Shown: positions 22,100 through 31,878, numbered from the stretch's first letter. The stretch is DNA of 64,000 nt from Polyangiaceae bacterium (GCA_035063585.1 JAPSGB010000005.1:128001-192000); one strand, 5' to 3'. Program-made: numbers and translations. Notes: a model not told the origin generated them from the letters alone.

Positions 22100-23172
22100 C
22101 AGAACCGTCCCCGCACGGTCACGGCCGCCGGTCCCGCCGTGAGCCTCAGGCGGCTCGCGGTCTCGGCGCTCCCTTGGTGATCGAGCACGAGCAGGGTGAC
22201 GCCGGCTCCTGCGCCCAATAGTCCGACGACGAGCCCGATGTTCGCCGCTATCTGCTCGGTTCGCCCGGTGTCGATGCGATCGGCCACCTCGGGCGGGCAC
22301 ACCCCACCGGGGCACGCGGCCTCGAGATCGCTGTACGTCGAGCGTGACATCGCTCCGGCGACCGCGAACGTGACGAGCCCGAGCGCGCCCACCCCGCCCG
22401 CCAAGTACGCATAGGGCCGGAGCGGGTGCCGCTCGCTCGGCGAGTCGCGAGGAGGCTCGTCTACCCCATGTACCTCGCTCTTTGCGGCCGGCGTTCGGCG
22501 AGGGGGCGGGAGCGGCGCCGGCGCCGACGCGGTCTGCATGGCTTCGGAAAGCACGTCGAGCTTCACTCGGGTCACGCTGCCGAGCCGAGCATCGACGGCT
22601 TGCCAGATCCGCCGTCCGCCGGGGAGCCGCGCGGTGACGTCCACGTTGCCTGCGGTCACGGCGATGGCTCGCCAGCGTTCTCGCGGCACCTCTCGCTTAC
22701 CGACAGTGAGGGTGACTTGAGAGGAGTCGCCCGTCACGTCGAGCGAGAGGGCGGCGACCCGCCTCGACAAGTCGAGCATCTCCGTCTCGGCGGACTGCGC
22801 GGTGCTCGCGTATTTCGGCAGCCGCTGGGCGGCTTCGGCGGCCTCGGCTTGAACCAGCGCGAACTCCTCGTAGGCCGCGTCCGTGTCGCCGGCCTCACGG
22901 AGCGCACGAGCGTACATGATGTGCGAGTTCGGGCTCGCGACCACCTCGTAAGAGCGGCTGAACAGCTTGGCCGCGTCGGCGAAGCGCCCAGCCTTGAACG
23001 CCGCGACACCATCCGTGTAAAACCCTTGCGCCTGCGCGGTCTGCTCGGCCGTGGCCGAGTCGGGCGAGGCGCCGGCTGCGCGCGCCGCTCGGGCCGAGAG
23101 CGCGACGACCAGGACGGCAACGACACCTCCGGCCGACGTGGGGCGAGCGAAGCGCGCGAGCCGCCTGAGCAT
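22099..23172 (-). CDS. Exported TPR-like protein with a beta (PEGA-like) domain and C-terminal hydrophobic hairpin
   Basis: Signal peptide, helical TPR-like segment (AQGFYTDGVAAFKAGRFADAAKLFSRSY), Pro linker, two hydrophobic segments around C-x4-C, ends VRGRF. Confidence 0.8.
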   Translation of the reverse strand: MLRRLARFARPTSAGGVVAVLVVALSARAARAAGASPDSATAEQTAQAQGFYTDGVAAFKAGRFADAAKLFSRSYEVVASPNSHIMYARALREAGDTDAAYEEFALVQAEAAEAAQRLPKYASTAQSAETEMLDLSRRVAALSLDVTGDSSQVTLTVGKREVPRERWRAIAVTAGNVDVTARLPGGRRIWQAVDARLGSVTRVKLDVLSEAMQTASAPAPLPPPRRTPAAKSEVHGVDEPPRDSPSERHPLRPYAYLAGGVGALGLVTFAVAGAMSRSTYSDLEAACPGGVCPPEVADRIDTGRTEQIAANIGLVVGLLGAGAGVTLLVLDHQGSAETASRLRLTAGPAAVTVRGRF

Positions 23173-23278
23173 CGCCTCGTACTCTAGCACGACCCGCCCG
23201 TAGCCCGGGCGACGTCCCGGCCCGGACGCTTCGAGCCGGCGGCTAGCCGTCGCGGCTACCTGCGGTTATAAGTGAGCG

Positions 23279-23845
23279 GTGAGCAAGCAGTCTTCGGAGC
23301 CTGGCCCTCGCGCGGCCGAGGGCTCCTCGGAGCCCGTGGCTCCGAGCGTGGTCGTGTCGGAAGCGGGGCGCGGCCGGGCGCTCCAGCCGTACGAAGCCGG
23401 CCCCACCGAGACCACCGTCATCGTGCGCGACAAGCGACGTCGTAGGGAGCTCATCGGAGCCGCGCGCGCTCCAGCGGGCAAGAAGCCGGTCGGCTGGGGC
23501 AAGGTCGCCGCTTGGGCCGTGGCGGGAGCAGCCGCGTTCGGGCTGGGCGGGCTCATCACCGCGCTACGGCAGCCCGCGCCCTCGCCGGTCGCCACGCAGA
23601 CCGAGGCACGGGCGCCGACGCCCGCCCCGGCCCTCGCGCCCACTCCCTCACCGGAGCAGACGGCTGCTCCGGCCGACTCCTCGTCGACGCCGCCCCCGGA
23701 TCCGACGGCCATGGGGCTCGAGCAGCTCCAGGTCGAGCCGGAGCGCCCTCGCCCAGCGAGCCGGCCGGCCACGGCCCCAGCGCGGGCTGCGAAACCCAAG
23801 TCGACCGCGGGTCCTCAGGCTGGCGCCATCCCCGAAGGGATCTGA
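23279..23845 (+). CDS. Single-pass membrane protein with Pro/Ala-rich tail
   Basis: One TM segment (VAAWAVAGAAAFGLGGLI) followed by a low-complexity tail. Confidence 0.65.
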   Translation: MSKQSSEPGPRAAEGSSEPVAPSVVVSEAGRGRALQPYEAGPTETTVIVRDKRRRRELIGAARAPAGKKPVGWGKVAAWAVAGAAAFGLGGLITALRQPAPSPVATQTEARAPTPAPALAPTPSPEQTAAPADSSSTPPPDPTAMGLEQLQVEPERPRPASRPATAPARAAKPKSTAGPQAGAIPEGI

Positions 23846-23966
23846 GCCCGCGCCGCCACGGGGCGGTCGCCCGCGCGACGCGCCGCGGCTCGCGAGCACG
23901 AGCGGCCGGCCCCCGAGGAGGGGTCGGGTCGGCGCGGCACACGCCGAATCGCGGCGAGGGTGTAGA

Positions 23967-25769
23967 ATGCCCGTGATGAGCCTCGCGGGAAGGGTTGCGA
24001 CGCTGCGTCGGCACGCGCTGGTCGTCGTGACCGCGGTCGCCACGGGCGTGGTGTCGTGCACGATCGACACCGAAGGGAGCGGGACGGGGTCGAGCCTTCA
24101 AGATGGAGGTGACGGCTCGGGGGGTACGGGCTTCGACGGGGGCAATACCGGAGGCGCCTCGGGTTCCACGGGCAACTGCTTCCCCGGTCCTGGCGAGAAG
24201 GCGTGCGGCGAAGTCTGTCCGAGCACGAGCGACCCCGCCCACGGCTGCGCGAGCACCTCGTGCGCGCCCTGCGAGTCCCCGCATGCTACCGAGAATTGCA
24301 AGAATGGCGCGTGCGACATCTCGGGTTGTGACCCCGACTTCTTGGACTGTGATGGGGACCCGCTGAACGGCTGCGAGGTGAACGTCCAGGCGGATCCCAC
24401 CCAGTGCGGCTCGTGTGGGAACGACTGCACCGCGCGCGGCGGCGCGAAAGCCTGGAAGTGCGAGAGCGGCTCCTGCGAGGTGTCCGAGTGCGACGTCGGT
24501 CGCGGCGACTGCGACGGCGAGGCGTCCAACGAGTGCGAGATCGACACCAAGGCCGACGTGTCGAACTGCGGCTTCTGCAACAATGTGTGCGACATTCCGC
24601 ACGCTACGGCCAAGTGTGACTCCGGGAAGTGCGTCGTCGATGAATGCAAGCCCGGCTGGAAGCACTGTGATCCGTCGGTTCAGAACGCCTGCGAACAGGA
24701 CGTCGCGACCGACGCCAACAATTGCGGCGACTGCAACGTGAAGTGCAGCAGCGCGCACGGCACCCCGTCGTGCGTCGCGGGTCGGTGCAAGATCGCATGT
24801 CAGGATGGGTGGGGGGACTGTAACGGAGATCCGGCGGACGGCTGCGAGAGCCGGCTCGACACCACCACCAACTGCGGGGTGTGCCGCCATGCGTGCAGCG
24901 CCGCGAACGCGAGCGCTACCGCGTGCGTCGCCGGGAGTTGCAAGCCCACCTGCGCTAGCAGCTTTGGGGATTGCTCGACGCCGCCGAGCGGGGCCACCGA
25001 TGACGGCTGCGAGACCAACCTGAAGACGAGCACGGCGAGCTGCGGCGCGTGCGGCCGAGCTTGTAACTCGAACCATACGGCGTCGCTGACTTGTCAGGAC
25101 GGCGCCTGCGCGTCCGCGTGTCAGTCCGGCTGGGGCAACTGCAACCGCCCCACGACGGGGGCGGATGACGGCTGCGAGACGAACATCCAGAACTCCGTCA
25201 GCCACTGCGGCGCCTGCGGCCGGGCGTGCTCGACCACCAACGTGGCCTCCGCGACGTGCACCAGCGGGGCGTGCACCTCGAGCTGCGCTTCGGGCTTCGC
25301 CAACTGCTCGAGGCCGGATGGCTCGTCTGCGGACGATGGCTGCGAGACGAACGTCAACGACGACAAGGCGAACTGCGGCGCCTGCGGCAGAGCCTGCTCG
25401 ATCGCGGGCGCCTCTGCGGCGTCGTGTGTCGCGGCTGCCTGCCAGCCCACCTGCGACAGCGACCACGCCGACTGTTCGTCGCCGCCAGCGAGCTCTGCCG
25501 ATAACGGTTGCGAGACGGACATCACCTCGGATTCGGGGAACTGCGGCGGCTGCGGCGTGAGCTGCGATGCCGTTCCCAACGGGACGTCGAGCTGCGTCAC
25601 GAAGAGTTGTAGCGTAACGTGCGCCTCCGGCTACCTCGACTGCAGCGGCGCGGGCGATGGCTGCGAGACGAAGATCGACGACGACCACTGCGGCGCTTGC
25701 GACGTCTCGTGCGACGCGACTCATTCCTGCGAGTGGGACTCCGGCGCGAACGCGTACGCTTGCAACTAG
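23967..25769 (+). CDS. Cys-rich repeat lipoprotein (about 9 units), paralogue of 19526..22099
   Basis: Lipobox VVSC, Gly-rich linker, repeated GCET...CGxCxxxC units. Confidence 0.88.
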   Translation: MPVMSLAGRVATLRRHALVVVTAVATGVVSCTIDTEGSGTGSSLQDGGDGSGGTGFDGGNTGGASGSTGNCFPGPGEKACGEVCPSTSDPAHGCASTSCAPCESPHATENCKNGACDISGCDPDFLDCDGDPLNGCEVNVQADPTQCGSCGNDCTARGGAKAWKCESGSCEVSECDVGRGDCDGEASNECEIDTKADVSNCGFCNNVCDIPHATAKCDSGKCVVDECKPGWKHCDPSVQNACEQDVATDANNCGDCNVKCSSAHGTPSCVAGRCKIACQDGWGDCNGDPADGCESRLDTTTNCGVCRHACSAANASATACVAGSCKPTCASSFGDCSTPPSGATDDGCETNLKTSTASCGACGRACNSNHTASLTCQDGACASACQSGWGNCNRPTTGADDGCETNIQNSVSHCGACGRACSTTNVASATCTSGACTSSCASGFANCSRPDGSSADDGCETNVNDDKANCGACGRACSIAGASAASCVAAACQPTCDSDHADCSSPPASSADNGCETDITSDSGNCGGCGVSCDAVPNGTSSCVTKSCSVTCASGYLDCSGAGDGCETKIDDDHCGACDVSCDATHSCEWDSGANAYACN

Positions 25770-25837
25770 CCGCTCGCCGGGAGGGCAACGCGACGAACCG
25801 AGGGGCGCTTCCCCGGCGGAGCGCCCGACCATCGCGT

Positions 25838-28024
25838 TCATGCTCTGCTCGCGTCGCTCGTGCGTGGGCGTCGCGTCAAGGAGAGCGCCGTCTCGACGAT
25901 CTCATCTTCGGAGACCAGGACCAGGCGCGCGGCGTCCCCGAGCGGAACGAAGCAGTCGGCCGAGGTGACGCGCGCGAACGAGATCGGTGCGCGGGCGTCC
26001 AGGAGCGCCGCCGCGATGCCCTCCGAGACGTTGCCGGTCCTCCGGCACTCATCGACCACGAGCAGCCGCTCGGTGTCGCGCGCGTGGTGGAGGATGTCCG
26101 CGACCGGGAGCGGGGAGAGCCAGCGGAGGTCGAGCACCCGCGCCCTGATGCCGTGCTCACGCTCGAGGCGCCGCGCGGCGCGGAGGCTCATCGCGACTCC
26201 GTTGCCGAAGGTTGCGATGACCAGGTCTCGCGAGGCCTCGCGATAGACGCGCGCCCGCCCATACGGCGCCGCGCCGAGCGGGGCGCGCGCGAGCCACTCG
26301 CCGTCGCCCTCTTCGGCGAGGTCACGGGTGTGGTAGAGCGCGATGGGCTCGATGCTCACGACGACGCGGCGCGCCTCGCGCGCGAGCGCGAGCCCGGTCC
26401 GGTAGAGCTCGATGGCGTCGTCGGCGCGCGCCGGCACGAAGACGTCGACCTCGGGGATGTCGCGGAGGACGCCGACGGAGTCGTCGTTGTGGAAATGCCC
26501 GCCGAAGCCCTTCTGATAGGCGAGCCCGGCGATCCGCACCAGCATGGGGTTGTCGTAGGCTCCATTCGAGAAAAACCTCATCGTGGAGGCCTCTCCACGG
26601 AGCTGATCCTCGGCGTTGTGGAGGTAGGCGAGGTACTGGATCTCGGGGATGGGCAGCAGCCCGAGCGTGGCCGTGCCGAGCGCGAGTCCGAGGATGGTCT
26701 GCTCGTCGAGCAGCGTGTTGAACACCCGGGCCGGGCCCGCCTTGGCGAGCAACCCCTTGGTGATCCCGTAGACCCCCCCCTTCTTGGCGACATCTTCACC
26801 GAAGACGAGCGCCTCGGGATACCGCTCGAGCGCCTCGCCGAGGACGGCGTTGAGCCCTTGGGCGAGCGTCAGCGGTTCGGCGGCGAGGGGCCGAAGCTCG
26901 CGGGTCGCCTCGGCTCCGACGCTCGCACCGGGCGCGATGGCGAGCGGCGCCGCTACCTCCTCGCGGGTGACTAGCCGCGGCCGCGAGGCGGCAATGTCCG
27001 CCGCCTCGCGAACGCGCGCGCTCACCTCTGCGTCCATCGCCAGGACTTCACGGGATTCCAGGTGACCCGCGGCGACCAGCGCCATCGCCGCCGTGAGCAC
27101 CGGGTCCCGCGCTTCGGCGGCGGAGAGCTCTGCGGGAGTCCGATAGACGCTGTCCACGTCGCTGCCGGCGTGCCCGAGCAGGCGAGCGCAGCGCATGTGG
27201 AGCACCGCTGGCGTTCGCGTGCGCCGGACGTGCGTCACGGCTGCGCTCGCCTCTCGCCACATCGCCTCGAGCTCCCACCCGTCCGCCGTGAAGTAGGCGA
27301 GGTGCGGCAAACTCCTGAGCCGCTCCTCCACCCACCCGGTCGGAGTGCGCGTGCTGATCCCGAGGCCGTTGTCTTCGCAGACGAAGAGGACGGGCAGCTT
27401 CAGGTTCTGATGCGCCGTCCACGACGCCGCGTTCAGCGCGCCGAGCGCCGTGCTGTGGTTCAGGCTCGCGTCGCCGAAGCTCGCGAGCGCGATGGCGTCG
27501 GCTCCGCCCGCCGGCTCGAGCCCCAGGCGCGGGCGGCGGTCGAGGGCGAACCCGAGCCCGACGGCGCGGGGCAGGTGCGAGGCGATGGTGCTGGTCGACG
27601 GGATGATCCCGAGCGGTTTTCCGCCGAAGACCTTGTGGCGGCCGCCGCACACGGGATCCTCGCTGGAAGCGACGAGCCCGAGGAGGATTTGGCGCGCCGG
27701 GTCGAGGCCGGCGACCTGACGCGCGCGCTCCACCACGAGCGCGCCGCTTCGATAGTGGAGGAGCGCAGGATCGTCAGGTCGGGTCAGGCGTCCGAGCACC
27801 ACGTTCCCTTCGTGACCCGAGCTGCAGATGGTGTAGTGCCCAACCCCGCGAGCCCGGAGTTCGTGGGCGGCGACGTCGAGGTGTCGGGTGAGGAGCATCG
27901 ACTCGAGGAGCTCGCGAGCCATCGTCACGTCGAGGCTCGTCGGGACGCGGCTGGGCTGGGCACCGGCTCGGGTGAGCTCGTCGCGGAACCTCGTGACCAA
28001 GCGATGCACGCGCTCGAGGGACAT
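25838..28024 (-). CDS. Fused E1 alpha/beta 2-oxoacid dehydrogenase-family protein
   Basis: LHYRS, FGDA...EDN ThDP motif, LLGHAGSD, FGEDVAKKGGVY, NTLLDEQ, EIQYLAY, GGHFHN. Start at ATG 28024. Confidence 0.88.
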   Translation of the reverse strand: MSLERVHRLVTRFRDELTRAGAQPSRVPTSLDVTMARELLESMLLTRHLDVAAHELRARGVGHYTICSSGHEGNVVLGRLTRPDDPALLHYRSGALVVERARQVAGLDPARQILLGLVASSEDPVCGGRHKVFGGKPLGIIPSTSTIASHLPRAVGLGFALDRRPRLGLEPAGGADAIALASFGDASLNHSTALGALNAASWTAHQNLKLPVLFVCEDNGLGISTRTPTGWVEERLRSLPHLAYFTADGWELEAMWREASAAVTHVRRTRTPAVLHMRCARLLGHAGSDVDSVYRTPAELSAAEARDPVLTAAMALVAAGHLESREVLAMDAEVSARVREAADIAASRPRLVTREEVAAPLAIAPGASVGAEATRELRPLAAEPLTLAQGLNAVLGEALERYPEALVFGEDVAKKGGVYGITKGLLAKAGPARVFNTLLDEQTILGLALGTATLGLLPIPEIQYLAYLHNAEDQLRGEASTMRFFSNGAYDNPMLVRIAGLAYQKGFGGHFHNDDSVGVLRDIPEVDVFVPARADDAIELYRTGLALAREARRVVVSIEPIALYHTRDLAEEGDGEWLARAPLGAAPYGRARVYREASRDLVIATFGNGVAMSLRAARRLEREHGIRARVLDLRWLSPLPVADILHHARDTERLLVVDECRRTGNVSEGIAAALLDARAPISFARVTSADCFVPLGDAARLVLVSEDEIVETALSLTRRPRTSDASRA

Positions 28025-28266
28025 CGGCTCCGGAAATAGCGCCGTCCTCGCGGGCTGCCAATCCCGGTGGTGCCGCGCGGGCTTGTCGGGTCGCGTGAAG
28101 GAGGACACTCTTGCGGCGTGGCCCAGACGACGAGCCGAAACGGCGAGGTGGGGACGTCTCCCGCGGCCCACCTCGGGCGTCCTGCCGCCATCGGTGCGCC
28201 CACCGTGACGGGAGCTGGGGTCGCCCGCTCGTGACCTCGGCTGGTGAGACGCCGCCCGGGGCGCCC

Positions 28267-29976
28267 ATGAGCGAGGAGCCGACCATCGTCGAGCGCCCGC
28301 TCGCGAGCGCGCCGGCCCACGACCGGGAGCTCACCGGCGGGACGGCGCATGGGACCCGCGGCTCGTCAGGGACGCTCACGTTCCACACTGGAATCACCGC
28401 GGCGCCGCTCATCTTGCGGAGTGAGGAGGTCGCGCGCGCTCACGCGCTGGTGCGCCTCGTCGCGCTGGTAGGAGGGTCTGCGCTGGTCGCCATCTGGCTC
28501 CCGGAGCGCATCTCGCCCGGACGCTGGGTCGCGACCATCGTGGTCACGGCGACCATCCTGCTCTCGCTGTTCTTGAGCGTCGAGTTCCGGGACGCCGAGC
28601 GGTTCACCGAGCGCAAGATGCTCACGCACGGGCTCGCGTGCGTCGCCTCGATCCTGTCGGTCGTATTCTACGTGGGGGTCTATTCGCCCGCGGTAACCGC
28701 GCTGTGCGTCGGCATCTATTTCTTCGGGCTCGGAGACTCCCCGCGCTCCGGCTGGATGATCTATCTCGCCTGCTCGTTCGGCTACCTCGCGCTCTGCGTG
28801 CTCGCCATCTCCGGGCTCATCGACCTGTCCGCGTCGGTCATGGGGCTCGCCCATGCGGACGTTCCCTCGCAGCTCGCCAATGCGCTCGTGATTCAGGTCC
28901 TGCTCGCGCTCACCTTCTGGCTCGGGCGCAAGAGCCGGGGGGCGACGTTGATGGCTTTCGAGCGCCTCGAGCGCGCCGCTCTGCAGATCAAGCAGCGAGA
29001 AGCCTTGCTCGACGAGGCGCGCGCCGACATGGATCGCGTCAACGCGGTCAAGGTCGGCCGCCACAGCGGAACCCGCGTCGGAGACTACGAGGTCATCGAG
29101 CTCATCGGGCGGGGCGCGATGGGCGAGGTGTACCGTGGTCGTCACGTGCCCTCCGAGCGGCCGGTGGCCCTGAAGTTCCTCGGGCTCGCGGCCATGGAAG
29201 AGCCGGCGCAGTTCGAGCGTTTCCTGCGCGAGGCGGAGATCACGAGCGCCATCAGCTCTCCACACATCGTGCAAACGCTCGAGAGCGGGCGCCTCCCGGA
29301 CGGGAGCCCGTACCTCGTGATGGAGCTCCTCGAAGGGCACGATCTCGCCTGGCACCTCCGCGCTCACCAGCGCATGGGCATGTCGGCCGTGCTCACGCTC
29401 GTCGCCGAGGTCGCGCAGGCGCTCTCCGCAGCCGACGAGCTAGGCGTCGTCCACCGAGATCTCAAGCCGCAGAACCTGTTTCTCGCCGAAGGGCGCGACC
29501 GGAGCCGGTGGAAGGTGCTCGACTTCGGTGTCTCCAAGATGGGCGAGGCCGCCTCGAACCTGACCCAAGGTGCGGCGGTCGGGACGCCGAGCTACATGTC
29601 GCCCGAGCAAGCCCGCGGAGAAGACGTCGATCATCGCGCGGACGTCTTCGCGCTCGGGGTCGTCGCCTATCGCGCGCTCACCGGCCAGCCACCGTTCACC
29701 GCCTCGGACAGCATCTCGACCCTCTACAACGTCGCGCACGTGCAGCCGCCGCGGCCGTCCGGGCTGGTCCGGGTGACCGAGGACGTCGAGCGCGTCCTCG
29801 CATTGGCGCTCGCCAAGGACCGCTCGCGTCGCTTCGCCTCGGCCACCATGTTCGCGACCGCGCTCCGCGACGGGGTGCGACATCGGCTCGACGAGCGCCT
29901 GCGCCGCGACGCCGATCGGCTCCTGCTCGAACAACCATGGGGAGCCGACACGCTCGTGGCCAAGCGTTCGGCGTGA
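28267..29976 (+). CDS. Ser/Thr protein kinase with N-terminal multi-pass membrane domain
   Basis: About 6 hydrophobic segments, then IGRGAMGEVY, VALK, HRDLKPQN, DFG, GTPSYMSPEQ, DVFALG. Confidence 0.93.
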   Translation: MSEEPTIVERPLASAPAHDRELTGGTAHGTRGSSGTLTFHTGITAAPLILRSEEVARAHALVRLVALVGGSALVAIWLPERISPGRWVATIVVTATILLSLFLSVEFRDAERFTERKMLTHGLACVASILSVVFYVGVYSPAVTALCVGIYFFGLGDSPRSGWMIYLACSFGYLALCVLAISGLIDLSASVMGLAHADVPSQLANALVIQVLLALTFWLGRKSRGATLMAFERLERAALQIKQREALLDEARADMDRVNAVKVGRHSGTRVGDYEVIELIGRGAMGEVYRGRHVPSERPVALKFLGLAAMEEPAQFERFLREAEITSAISSPHIVQTLESGRLPDGSPYLVMELLEGHDLAWHLRAHQRMGMSAVLTLVAEVAQALSAADELGVVHRDLKPQNLFLAEGRDRSRWKVLDFGVSKMGEAASNLTQGAAVGTPSYMSPEQARGEDVDHRADVFALGVVAYRALTGQPPFTASDSISTLYNVAHVQPPRPSGLVRVTEDVERVLALALAKDRSRRFASATMFATALRDGVRHRLDERLRRDADRLLLEQPWGADTLVAKRSA

Positions 29977-29988
29977 CGCGCGCGGGGG

Positions 29989-30090
29989 TCAGCGCGCCGA
30001 CTTGGCGCGCCCGCCGCGCGGCGGCGACTGTGACGATGCGACTCGGGCTATGGGCGGGGCTCAGCGCGCCGACTTGGCGCGCCCGCCGCG
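29989..30090. repeat. Two exact 30-bp direct repeats (72-bp period) with an internal hairpin
   Basis: TCAGCGCGCCGACTTGGCGCGCCCGCCGCG at 29989-30018 and 30061-30090; contains GCGCGCC-gactt-GGCGCGC. Confidence 0.9.
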
Positions 30091-31815
30091 GGCCGGCCGG
30101 CGCGGGCGCGGCGCGTCCGCGTTCGCCCGGGTCGCCTCGAGCGCCGCGACCCTGAGCTGCCTCGCGTGCTCCCGCGCGGAGTCGGTGATCTTTGCGCCGC
30201 CGAGCATCCGCGCGAGCTCCTCCGCGCGCTCGTCGTCCGAGAGGCGCAGGACCCGAGTCACCGTGCGCCCCGCTTCGGTGTGCTTCATGACGCGAAAGTG
30301 CGCGTCGGCAAAGGCCGCGATCTGCGGGAGGTGGGTGATGCAGAGCACCTGATGGTTGGCCGCGGCGTGGCGCAGCCTGAGGCCGATGGCCTCGGCCACC
30401 GCGCCGCCGACCCCCGCGTCCACTTCATCGAAGACGTAGGTCGCCACGCGGTCGCCGCCGCCGAGCACGTTCTTCAGCGCCAGCAGCACGCGCGAGAGCT
30501 CGCCGCCCGACGCGACCCGACTGAGCGGCGCGAGCGGCTCCCCGGGGTTCGCGGAGAAGAGGAGCTCCACGCGGTCGAGCCCGCGCGGACCAGGCTCGTC
30601 GTCCTCCGCCGGCTCCACGCGGGCGGCGAGACGCGCGGAGGCGATGTGCAGCGCGGCGAGCTCCGCCTCGAGGGCGCGCGCGAGCCCGTGCGCCGCGGCC
30701 TCCCGCGCCGCGCGCAGCTCGAGCGCCCGCGCGACGCAGCGTCTCCGCAGCTCGAGCGCCTGCTGCTCGAGCGCGCCGAGCCGCTCCTCCACGTGCTCGA
30801 GCGCGTCGAGCTCCTCGCGCATCGCGTCGCGGCGAGAGAGGAGCGCATCCGGCTCGACGCCGTGCTTTCTCCGGAGTGACTCGAGCTCGTGGAGGCGCTC
30901 CTCGGCGCGCTCGAGCTCCGCCGGATCCAGCTCGAGCTCGTCGCCGAAGCGAGCGGCGAGCTGCGCGGCCTGCTCGACCGCGGCCTGCGCCGCCGAGAGC
31001 TCTTCGACGACGGCGCAGAGCCGCGGCGACTCTTCCGCTCCGCGCCGCGCGCGCTCGAGCAGGCCCGCGATCCGCATGGCGACCGAGTCTTCCGCCTCGT
31101 AGAGCTGGTCCTGAGCATCTCGGGCGAACTCCACCCACCGGCGCGCGTCACCGAGCAGGGCGACCCGCTGGCGAAGCGTCGTGTGCTCGCCCGGTTCGGG
31201 CGCGACCCGATCGATCTCGTCGATCTGAAACCGGAGGTAGTCCGCCCGCGAGCCGCCCTCCGCCGCGCGCGCGCCGAGGGCCTCGATGGCCGCCCGCGCC
31301 TCGCGATACTCGCGATATTCGCGCCCATACTCGCCGACCTGCTGGTCGAGGTGGGCGTACCCGTCGAGGAGCTCGAGGTGGCGCGCCACGTTGACGAGCG
31401 AGTGGTGCTCGTGCTGACTGCAGATGTCGATGAGGAGCTCGCCGAGCTCGCCGAGCACGCCTTGGGTGGTGAGCTCGGCTTGAACCAGGCTGCGTCCGCG
31501 CCCGCTGGCTGGTACGACGCGCTGAACCACGAGCGCGTTCGCGTCGCTACGAGGGAGACCGTGGGCGCATAGGATCTCGCTCGCGCGGGCGGCGAGCGGC
31601 GCGGGGAGCTCGAACTGGGCGTCCACCGTGGCGGCTTCCTCGCCGCTCCGCACGAGGTCCGCGCGACCGCGCGCGCCGCGCAGGAGCGTGAGGGCGTCGA
31701 CGATGATGGATTTGCCGGCGCCAGTCTCGCCGGTGAGCACGTTCATGCCCGGAGCGAGCTCGAGTGACACGTCGTCGAGCAGCGCGAGCCCTCGGACTCT
31801 CAAATAGGACAGCAT
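30061..31815 (-). CDS. recN: DNA repair protein RecN
   Basis: LTGETGAGKS Walker A, coiled coil, SANPGEP, ASGGELSR, FDEVDAGVGG, ITHLPQIA. Confidence 0.97.
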   Translation of the reverse strand: MLSYLRVRGLALLDDVSLELAPGMNVLTGETGAGKSIIVDALTLLRGARGRADLVRSGEEAATVDAQFELPAPLAARASEILCAHGLPRSDANALVVQRVVPASGRGRSLVQAELTTQGVLGELGELLIDICSQHEHHSLVNVARHLELLDGYAHLDQQVGEYGREYREYREARAAIEALGARAAEGGSRADYLRFQIDEIDRVAPEPGEHTTLRQRVALLGDARRWVEFARDAQDQLYEAEDSVAMRIAGLLERARRGAEESPRLCAVVEELSAAQAAVEQAAQLAARFGDELELDPAELERAEERLHELESLRRKHGVEPDALLSRRDAMREELDALEHVEERLGALEQQALELRRRCVARALELRAAREAAAHGLARALEAELAALHIASARLAARVEPAEDDEPGPRGLDRVELLFSANPGEPLAPLSRVASGGELSRVLLALKNVLGGGDRVATYVFDEVDAGVGGAVAEAIGLRLRHAAANHQVLCITHLPQIAAFADAHFRVMKHTEAGRTVTRVLRLSDDERAEELARMLGGAKITDSAREHARQLRVAALEATRANADAPRPRRPARGGRAKSAR

Positions 31816-31878
31816 GCGCGCGTGCCGTCCTAGCAGACGCGCTCTTCGCTGGGAATCGGGCGCCGCCTCGGCGCAAAA

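Noticed and set aside
29989..30090. CRISPR array
   Set aside because: Only two repeat copies, one inside the recN coding end; no leader or cas genes in the window. Kept only as a repeat.
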